The notes under the pieces are model-generated. The model saw nothing but the letters and a program-made list of their open reading frames with translations, made no database searches and was not told the origin of the DNA. Positions 8,487 to 14,446 of a stretch of 14,446 nt of DNA are shown here, piece by piece; the first letter of the stretch is position 1, and every line of letters starts with the position of its first letter. A program made the position numbers and the translations under genes. The stretch spans positions 1-14,446 of the forward strand of contig JBBQEB010000097.1 of NCBI GenBank assembly GCA_038320275.1, in the 5' to 3' direction. The stretch is from Myxococcales bacterium (lineage in GTDB: Bacteria > Myxococcota > Myxococcia > Myxococcales > Anaeromyxobacteraceae).

Positions 8487-9119
8487 TCAATAACGCGCGG
8501 GAGGTGCGTTGGGAAGCTTGCGCGTGAGGCTGGAGGCGGTCGAGAGCAGTCGCGCCGCCTTGTCCCCGAGCGCCCCGGCTGGACCATCGTTCACCACCAG
8601 GGCGTCGGCCCGGGCGGCCTTCTCGTCCACCGGGAGCTGCGCGTCGAGTCGCAGGTCGGCCTCCGCGGGCGAGAGGCCGTCTCGCGCCAGGAGGCGGGCG
8701 CGCTGGACAGCGCGAGGGGCCCAGACCACCACCACCGCGTCCACCTCGCGGTCGAGCCCGGCCTCGTACAGCAGCGGGACGTCGTAGAAGGCCACCGGGG
8801 CGCCGCCGCGGGCGAGCGCGTCCATCTGCTCGCGAAAGGCGGCCCGCACGCGGGGGTGCACGATGGCCTCCAGGCGCCGGCGGGCCGCGGCATCGCGGAA
8901 CACGAGCCCTGCCATCGCCTTGCGGTCGAGCTCGCCGTCGGGGCCGAGCACGGAGGGGCCGAAGGCAGCCGCGACGTCCGCGAGCCCCGGCGAGCCCTTC
9001 GCGACCGCCTCGCGGGCGAGCTCGTCGGCGTCGAGCACCGGCGCGCCCCGCGCGCGGAGCTCGGCCGCGAAGGTGCTCTTCCCGGTGGCGATCCCGCCTG
9101 TGAGGCCGAGGACGCGCAT
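8487..9119 (-). CDS. coaE: Dephospho-CoA kinase
   Basis: MRVLGLTGGIATGKST P-loop, LDADELAR, LDRKAMAGLVF, LEAIVHPRV, DVPLLYE and RLLARDG; start at ATG 9119; 210 aa. Confidence 0.96.
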   Translation of the reverse strand: MRVLGLTGGIATGKSTFAAELRARGAPVLDADELAREAVAKGSPGLADVAAAFGPSVLGPDGELDRKAMAGLVFRDAAARRRLEAIVHPRVRAAFREQMDALARGGAPVAFYDVPLLYEAGLDREVDAVVVVWAPRAVQRARLLARDGLSPAEADLRLDAQLPVDEKAARADALVVNDGPAGALGDKAARLLSTASSLTRKLPNAPPARY

Positions 9120-9141
9120 CGCCTCATGATACGCTACCGGC
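9120..9141. promoter_or_regulatory. Putative bidirectional promoter with overlapping -10 boxes for coaE and the cytochrome c gene
   Basis: 22-bp intergenic gap. + strand TG-A-TACGCT (9127-9135) lies 6 nt before GTG 9142. - strand TATCAT (9131-9126) lies 6 nt before ATG 9119. No usable Shine-Dalgarno on either side. Confidence 0.6.
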
Positions 9142-9621
9142 GTGCCGCGCCTCCTCCTCACGCTCCTCGTCCTCGCGCCGGGCCTCCCTCGCGCGGGCGA
9201 CCCCGTCGGCCCGGAGACGTGCAAGGCCTGCCATCCGGCGGCGTACGCGGCCTGGAGCGGCAGCGCCCACGCCCGGGCTCTCGCCGGGGTTCCCGAGGCT
9301 CGCCGGGCCGAGAGCCGCTGCACCGGCTGCCACGCGCCGGACCTCGCCAGGGGCATCGCCGGGGTGACCTGCGAGGCCTGCCACGGGGGAGGGCGCCTGT
9401 ACGCGCACCGCTACGTGATGCGCGATCGGGAGCTCGCGCGGGCGGTCGGCCTCGTCGATCCGGGGCCCCAGACGTGTAGTGCGTGCCACGACGTCTCGGC
9501 TCCGAGCCTGGGCCGCTTCGAGTACGTAAAGAAGCTGCCGCTCATCGATCACTGGACGGCCGACCGCGCGGCCCGGGCGGGCGCTCTCACGCCGCAGTCC
9601 GCGCCGCACCCGGCCCGCTGA
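9142..9621 (+). CDS. Secreted tetraheme cytochrome c (c554-like family)
   Basis: N-terminal signal-like MPRLLLTLLVLAPG; four CxxCH motifs (CKACH, CTGCH, CEACH, CSACH). VGPETCxxCH...W..S.HA and GVTCEACHG patterns are typical of the c554-like family. Confidence 0.9.
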   Translation: MPRLLLTLLVLAPGLPRAGDPVGPETCKACHPAAYAAWSGSAHARALAGVPEARRAESRCTGCHAPDLARGIAGVTCEACHGGGRLYAHRYVMRDRELARAVGLVDPGPQTCSACHDVSAPSLGRFEYVKKLPLIDHWTADRAARAGALTPQSAPHPAR

Positions 9622-9622
9622 C

Positions 9623-10261
9623 ATGGCCGTCAAGGTCCTGTCCGCCGACTTCCTGAAGACCGCCACCCGGGGGACGGATTGGCCCGCGGAGCCGCTCCCG
9701 GAGGTGGCGTTCGTCGGGCGCAGCAACGTCGGTAAATCCTCCATGCTGAACGCGCTCGCCCGGCGCGACGGCCTCGCCCGCGTCTCTTCCACGCCCGGCC
9801 GGACGCAGGCCCTGCAGTTCTTCAGGCTTCTGCAGCAGGCCTCCCCGGCCGCTCGCCCGCGCCCCCTCCGCTTCTGCGACCTGCCAGGCTACGGCTTCGC
9901 CAAGGTGTCCAAGGCCGAGCGGGCCCGCTGGGGCACCATGATCGAGGAGTATCTGCGCGACCGGGAAGACCTCCTCGCGGTGGTGCTCATCGTGGACGCG
10001 CGCCACCCTCCGCCCGAGAGCGACCGGGAAGCGCTGACCTTCCTCGAGGCGCAGGGGCGCCGCGTGCTGGTCGCGGCGACCAAGATCGACAAGCTCGGGA
10101 AGAGCCACCGGGAAGGCGCGGCAAAGGCCGTCGCCCAAGGGCTCGACGTCGCGCGCGAGGACGTCGTGCTCTTCTCCGCGGTGGAGGGCACCGGCACCGA
10201 CGCGCTCTGGGCGAGGCTGCTCGCGCTGGTGAAGGAGCGCGGAAACGAGCCTGAAGTCTAG
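9623..10261 (+). CDS. engB: Ribosome biogenesis GTPase EngB/YihA/YsxC
   Basis: PEVAFVGRSNVGKSS (G1), TPGRT (G2), DLPGYG (G3), TKIDK (G4) and FSA (G5); starts 1 nt after the cytochrome stop. Confidence 0.95.
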   Translation: MAVKVLSADFLKTATRGTDWPAEPLPEVAFVGRSNVGKSSMLNALARRDGLARVSSTPGRTQALQFFRLLQQASPAARPRPLRFCDLPGYGFAKVSKAERARWGTMIEEYLRDREDLLAVVLIVDARHPPPESDREALTFLEAQGRRVLVAATKIDKLGKSHREGAAKAVAQGLDVAREDVVLFSAVEGTGTDALWARLLALVKERGNEPEV

Positions 10262-10269
10262 GATCAACG

Positions 10270-10307
10270 AGAGCCCTCCCGGGCATTTTTTGCCGCGGGA
10301 GGGCTCT
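10270..10307. terminator. Hairpin between convergent engB and YtxH-like genes (probable bidirectional terminator)
   Basis: AGAGCCCTCCCG (10270-10281) pairs with CGGGAGGGCTCT (10296-10307). Inner GGCA/TGCC stem with a T5 loop. It starts 8 nt after the engB stop. Confidence 0.7.
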
Positions 10308-10364
10308 GTCCAAGGAGGGCCGCTGCGCCCTCCCCGTGCGATCGTCGCGAGTTCGCTCTGCCGT

Positions 10365-10757
10365 CTAGATGCTGCGGCCCGGCTGGTTCATGCTGCCGGA
10401 CGTCCCGCCGAACGTGCCGCCGCCGACGGTATTGGTGGTCCCGCCTCCGATGGTGCCGGTGTGGCCCATGCTCCCGCTGCCGGTGGCCGCAGCCGAACCG
10501 TACTCGTCCTCCGCCCCTCGCCCACCCCGATTCTTGATGGCCTCCGACACCTGGGTGCGCAGCTCGGCGCCCGTCTTCGGCGCGAACATGACGCCGAGCC
10601 CCGCGCCCACCAGCACGCCGACGGCGAACAGGCCCAGCCCGGCGAAGAAGTCGCTCGTCGGGTCGTGCTCCTCGAGCCCGATACGGTTGAGGACGTCGTC
10701 GCGGTCGAGCTTCTTGAGGTCCTTCCACTTCAGATCGGCCAGGTCACTCCAGTTCAT
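10365..10757 (-). CDS. YtxH-like (general stress) small membrane protein with a Gly/Thr-rich tail
   Basis: FFAGLGLFAVGVLVGAGLGVMFAPKTGAELR matches the YtxH hydrophobic segment plus APxxGxExR motif. AAAGGA lies upstream of the ATG. Confidence 0.85.
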   Translation of the reverse strand: MNWSDLADLKWKDLKKLDRDDVLNRIGLEEHDPTSDFFAGLGLFAVGVLVGAGLGVMFAPKTGAELRTQVSEAIKNRGGRGAEDEYGSAAATGSGSMGHTGTIGGGTTNTVGGGTFGGTSGSMNQPGRSI

Positions 10758-10785
10758 TTTTTCGTTCCTTTCGATGTGGCGCCGT

Positions 10786-11040
10786 CTAGGCGCCGGTGGT
10801 GGCCCCGGAGGACCGGAAGTCGGTCGCGAAGTTCATGACCTTCTCCCTGAAGCTCGGCACGAGCAGGGCGCCCAGCGCGGCCCGCACCAGCGGGCGAGTC
10901 CACGAGGAGAACAACCCGCCCCCTGCCACGTACCCGACGCCAACGCCCATGGCGAGGGTCGAATAGGGGCTTTCGCGAACCCGTCGCTCGACCTCCTGCA
11001 AAAATCCCCCAAGCTGTCCGTCGACGTCGACTTCGGGCAT
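10786..11040 (-). CDS. Small membrane-associated protein, DUF883/ElaB-YqjD-like
   Basis: VRESPYSTLAMGVGVGYVAGGGL resembles the VRExP...A.GVG..G anchor of the ElaB/YqjD/DUF883 family. ATG 11040 has GGGAG 6 nt upstream; GTG 11079 is an alternative start. Confidence 0.65.
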   Translation of the reverse strand: MPEVDVDGQLGGFLQEVERRVRESPYSTLAMGVGVGYVAGGGLFSSWTRPLVRAALGALLVPSFREKVMNFATDFRSSGATTGA

Positions 11041-11129
11041 GCGCCGCTCCCTCTCGTTGTCAGCCTTCAACTTGCGCACGCCGCGGTGCGCGAGAAAGCG
11101 GCGAGTTCGGCCAAGCGGGGCGTTTTTCG

Positions 11130-11915
11130 TCAGCGGAGGACCGTGGTCACCCCCGAAGGCGTGGTGATCGGGCGGGCGAGTGGCGGGCGCTGGGCGGCTG
11201 GGTCGAGCTCCAGCTCCACCACCAGCGGCAAGTGGTCGGAGGCGAGGCGGGCGAGCCGGCTATCGTGGACCCGGCAGCTCGCCACCCGGACCGCCGAGCC
11301 CACATAGGCGCGGTCGAGTCGCACCAGCGGGAAGGCGGACGGGAAGGTGGCCCGGGTGGCGTGGGCCAGGACGGCGGCGTCGGAGAGCTGCCGCCGGATC
11401 CAGCGCGGCACCGCGGAACGGCTCGACCATGCGTTGAAGTCCCCCACCAGGACGAGCGGGTATGCGAGGGCGGTGTCGCGCAGGATGTCGGCGGAGAGGA
11501 GCTGCGCCGCCTGCCTGCGGCGCTCCCGCCGGTCGAGGCCGAGGTGGCAGTTGAAAACGTGGAGCGCGGAGGTCCCGAGGTCGATGTCCGCGCGGAGGCA
11601 GCCGCGCTTCTCCCTACCCGCGACCGACAGGTCGTAGCTGCGCGAGGCGGTGATGGGATGGCGCGACAAGATGCAGTTCCCGTACGGATAGCCACCCCGC
11701 AGCTCGGTGAGCCCGTATGCCTGCGCCAGACCGGTCAGCTCTGCGAGGGTATTGGCCGGGTCGAGGAGCGTGCCCGGGCCGCCCAGCGCGCCGACTTCCT
11801 GGAGCCCGGCCACGTCGGGCGCGGCCTCCTCGATGACGAGCGCCACTCGCTTCGGGTCGGCGATGCCGTCCCTTCCGCGCATGCCGTGGATGTTCCAGCT
11901 CATCACCCGGATCAT
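11130..11915 (-). CDS. Endonuclease/exonuclease/phosphatase (EEP) family metal-dependent hydrolase, YbhP-like
   Basis: MIRVMSWNIH, DVAGLQEV, YGNCILSRHPI, HVFNCHLG, VLVGDFN, RLDRAYV and ASDHLPL; start at ATG 11915; 261 aa. Confidence 0.92.
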   Translation of the reverse strand: MIRVMSWNIHGMRGRDGIADPKRVALVIEEAAPDVAGLQEVGALGGPGTLLDPANTLAELTGLAQAYGLTELRGGYPYGNCILSRHPITASRSYDLSVAGREKRGCLRADIDLGTSALHVFNCHLGLDRRERRRQAAQLLSADILRDTALAYPLVLVGDFNAWSSRSAVPRWIRRQLSDAAVLAHATRATFPSAFPLVRLDRAYVGSAVRVASCRVHDSRLARLASDHLPLVVELELDPAAQRPPLARPITTPSGVTTVLR

Positions 11916-11922
11916 GCGCGGA

Positions 11923-13623
11923 TCATGCCCCGGGCGGCGTCCGGTACGCCTGATGGAAGAGCCGGTAGAGGCCATCCGGCCGGATCGCCTGTGAGAACGG
12001 CAGCTCGCAGGAGGCCGGGTGGAGGATGAAGGACTCGATCTCCTCGGGGGCCACGCCGCCGTGCGAGCCGAACTCCCACGCGTAGGCCACCGGGGCCTTC
12101 TCGTCGCCCCGCCAGCCGAGCACCACCAGGTCGCCGGAGGCGGGAAGAGAGACGAGGTCGGCGAGGTAGGTGGCGAGCAGCTCAGGCTCCGGGTGGGGCA
12201 GCCGCGCCACGTCGGCGGGTACCGCGAGGTCGAGCTCCTCCTTGCCAACGAGGGCGATCCCACGCGTCCCGCCGCGGGCGGCGACGAGCCCCACCGCGGT
12301 GGACTCGCGCAGCGCCGCCACCACGCCGGGGTGTCGCGCCCGCACCGCTTCCAGGGACTGAGGCTCTCTTTCGTCGGTGAAGTACACGTGCGCGAGGTCG
12401 CCTGCCTCGGCGGTGATCACCCGGTCGAGGCGGGCGAAGCCGAGCGCATGTCCCACCAGGCCGTGCTCCAGCCAGTCGAGCGCCTTGCCGCCGCCCTCCC
12501 GCAGCTTCGCCGGCCCGGTCTCGAGCAGCGCGCGCAGGGAGCGGGTCTGGGCCAGCCGGACCGCCTCGTCCCGAGGCAGCCGGCCCGGCACCGCCACTCC
12601 TCCGTCGGCCAGGGCCAGGTACTCCGGGAGCGCCAGCCCCGTGAAGGACTCGAAAGGCTTCGTCGCCACGTGGCCGTGATCGGAGAGCACGAAGACGTCG
12701 TAGCGCAGCTCGGGCACCGCCTCTGCCGCGGCGAAGACGGCCGCCACCGCCAAGTCCATGGAGGTGAGGTGCGCCACGGCCGCGTCGGAGTCCGGCCCCC
12801 GCCTATGGGAGAACTCGTCGTAACCGATGAGGTCGCAATAGATGACCGGCACGCCGCGCGCGACGTCGATGATGATGCCCTCCACCGCCAGTTCGCGCAT
12901 GAAGGCGCCCACCAGCAGGCGGTGCAGGAAGAAGCTCGGCTCGTGCTTCATGCGGCCGAGCGTGATGGACCAGGCCAGTCCCTGGTATAGCCCGACCCCG
13001 ATCTCCCAGGCGAGCCGTCCCGCCGTTCGCGCAGCCGTGACCGAGTGGATGAGCCCGCTCGCGAGCGCGTCCCAGGCGGAGAAGCCTTCCGTGAGCGCGT
13101 CCAGCGGGAAGTCGCCCGCGAGCCCCGAGAGGCAGAAGTGCGGGAGGGCCGCGCCGCCGCTGAAGATGGAGAAGTAGGAGGTGCCGCCGCGCAGGAGGGG
13201 AGGGTTCACCGAGGCGAAGCGCGCCTCCTGGGCGGCGGCGTCGGCCGCCCGGTCCATGCGGATCTCCCGCTTGTCGCGCCGGTCGTACCAGACGAAGCCC
13301 GGCACGCTGGGAGACACCCCGTAGAAGAGGCCGGCCTGGAAGGCGGGGGTGGAGGCGGGCGCGCCGCTGCGGGTGCTCTGCAGCCAGAGCTTTCCCTCTC
13401 CCAGCCTGCGCGCCAGGAAGGGCATATGGCCCTTCTTCATCGCCCACTCGAGCCGGCGCCGCGACACGCCGTCGAGCTGCACCAGGAGGAGCCGGCGCCC
13501 GCCCTCGAGCGGCGCGGGATGCAGGTGCCCGCGCTCGGAGAGGGGGCGCAGCACGTGCCGCACGGCCGGACCGGTGAGGCGGGCCAAGGCATCGCCGATC
13601 TTCGCCTTCGCTCGTCTCCGCAC
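11923..13623 (-). CDS. Alkaline-phosphatase superfamily protein (type I phosphodiesterase / nucleotide pyrophosphatase-like)
   Basis: LLLVQLDGVS (metal Asp), PASTPAFQ (candidate Thr nucleophile), YDEFSH, LSDHGH and GSHGG form a full set of metal-ligand motifs; 566 aa; no obvious signal peptide. Confidence 0.85.
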   Translation of the reverse strand: MRRRAKAKIGDALARLTGPAVRHVLRPLSERGHLHPAPLEGGRRLLLVQLDGVSRRRLEWAMKKGHMPFLARRLGEGKLWLQSTRSGAPASTPAFQAGLFYGVSPSVPGFVWYDRRDKREIRMDRAADAAAQEARFASVNPPLLRGGTSYFSIFSGGAALPHFCLSGLAGDFPLDALTEGFSAWDALASGLIHSVTAARTAGRLAWEIGVGLYQGLAWSITLGRMKHEPSFFLHRLLVGAFMRELAVEGIIIDVARGVPVIYCDLIGYDEFSHRRGPDSDAAVAHLTSMDLAVAAVFAAAEAVPELRYDVFVLSDHGHVATKPFESFTGLALPEYLALADGGVAVPGRLPRDEAVRLAQTRSLRALLETGPAKLREGGGKALDWLEHGLVGHALGFARLDRVITAEAGDLAHVYFTDEREPQSLEAVRARHPGVVAALRESTAVGLVAARGGTRGIALVGKEELDLAVPADVARLPHPEPELLATYLADLVSLPASGDLVVLGWRGDEKAPVAYAWEFGSHGGVAPEEIESFILHPASCELPFSQAIRPDGLYRLFHQAYRTPPGA

Positions 13624-13632
13624 GTGCCAAGG

Positions 13633-14193
13633 CTATGGATCGCTGCGCCGCGGCGCACCCTCCTTCTGCGTGCTCTCCTGCACGGGCCCTTTCGCAGGGG
13701 GGCCCCATCCCACCCGCAGGATGGTGACCCATCGTGAAGTGCCGTCGGGTCGGCGCACCGCCGCCGTGTCGCCCTCGACTTTCCCGAGCAGCGCCCGGCC
13801 CAGGGGGGATTCCACGCTGAGCTGCCCTCCGGCTGCGTCCGCCTCGTCGGGCCCCACCAGTTGGTACGTCCGCTCCTCGCCGTCCTCGCTCTCGACCTCG
13901 ACGACCGCTCCGAAGTAGGCGCGTCCGGCCGCATGGGGCTCGGGCCGGACCACCGTCAGCTCGTCCATGCGCTTGGCCAGGAAGCGCATGCGGCGGTCGA
14001 GCTCCCGCAGCTTGCGCTTGCCGTAGAGGTACTCGGCGTTCTCGCTGCGGTCACCCAGCGCGGCCGCAGCCTCCACCTCGGCGACGATGCGCGGGCGCAG
14101 CTCGGACCAGATGCGGTCGTGCTCCTCGGCGAGCCGCTCGAAGCCTTCGGGCGTGATGTAGCGCGCGGCGCGTGGCGCCTTGGGAGAGGACAT
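13633..14193 (-). CDS. greB: Transcription elongation factor GreB
   Basis: YITPEGF, RPRIVAEVEAAAALGDRSENAEYLYGKRKLRELDRRMRFL (GreB-type GDRSEN..Y.YGK) and SVESPLGRALLGK. Confidence 0.93.
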   Translation of the reverse strand: MSSPKAPRAARYITPEGFERLAEEHDRIWSELRPRIVAEVEAAAALGDRSENAEYLYGKRKLRELDRRMRFLAKRMDELTVVRPEPHAAGRAYFGAVVEVESEDGEERTYQLVGPDEADAAGGQLSVESPLGRALLGKVEGDTAAVRRPDGTSRWVTILRVGWGPPAKGPVQESTQKEGAPRRSDP

Positions 14194-14220
14194 CGGGGCG
14201 GTGAATGGTAACCTCTGCGC
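14194..14220. promoter_or_regulatory. Putative bidirectional promoter with overlapping -10 boxes for greB and metF
   Basis: 27-bp gap. + strand TG-G-TAACCT (14206-14214) lies 6 nt before the metF GTG at 14221. - strand TACCAT (14210-14205) lies 11 nt before the greB ATG. Same shared-TA geometry as 9120-9141. Confidence 0.55.
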
Positions 14221-14446
14221 GTGAAGGTCACCGACATTCTCCGCTTCGCGCGCGAGCGCGGCGAGCCCGTCTTCTCCTTCGAGTTCTTCCCGCCGCGGAC
14301 GGAAGAGGGCGCACGGCAGCTCTCCGCGACCGTCCAGGCCCTGCGACCCCTCGGCCCCGCTTTCCTGTCGGTCACCTGCGGCGCCGGCGGCTCCACCGGG
14401 CAGCGAACGCTCGAGCTCGTCACGCAGCTGAAGCGCGAGAGCGAGG
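14221..14446 (+). CDS. metF: 5,10-methylenetetrahydrofolate reductase, 5' partial
   Basis: Manual translation from GTG 14221 gives MKVTDILRFARERGEPVFSFEFFPPRTEEGARQLSATVQALRPLGPAFLSVTCGAGGSTGQRTLELV..., with MetF signatures SFEFFPP and SVT(Y/C)GAGGST. It runs off the window and is absent from the supplied ORF track. Confidence 0.92.
   Translation, partial: MKVTDILRFARERGEPVFSFEFFPPRTEEGARQLSATVQALRPLGPAFLSVTCGAGGSTGQRTLELVTQLKRESE

Noticed and set aside
11041..11129. Sigma-54 promoter upstream of the DUF883-like gene
   Set aside because: TTGGC- and CGGC-type candidates on the - strand do not give the required GG-N10-GC spacing.
78..14423. Many other long overlapping ORFs (e.g. 78..1190, 417..1670, 2987..4387, 5004..6428, 5279..6646, 7409..8527, 8217..9479, 12019..12990, 13956..14423)
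   Set aside because: They are shadow frames of well-supported genes, with R/P/G/A-biased composition and no recognisable motifs, as expected at high GC.

Overview
Very GC-rich bacterial chromosomal window (roughly 70%+ GC, estimated by eye). The gene set suggests an Anaeromyxobacter-like myxobacterium; this is inference. The + strand carries the 3' end of probable argD, then argF, a tandemly duplicated ~117-bp multi-hairpin repeat, a translationally coupled three-gene chaperone module (J-domain/TPR protein, specialised Hsp70 paralogue, TPR protein with a C-terminal winged-helix-like domain) and long-form argG. A convergent - strand operon holds coaE, an extended SDR/thioester-reductase-like gene and two MaoC hot-dog genes (HadB/HadA-like pair). 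Divergent from coaE are a tetraheme cytochrome c and engB. A second - strand run holds greB, an alkaline-phosphatase-superfamily phosphodiesterase, an EEP hydrolase, a DUF883/ElaB-like small protein and a YtxH-like protein. The window ends in the 5' part of metF. The most notable signals are the Hsp70/J/TPR module inside the arg cluster, the GNA-loop hairpin repeat in front of it, and two 22-27 bp divergent junctions with identically overlapping -10 boxes that suggest bidirectional promoters and leaderless mRNAs. No rRNA, tRNA, CRISPR array or transposase was seen.
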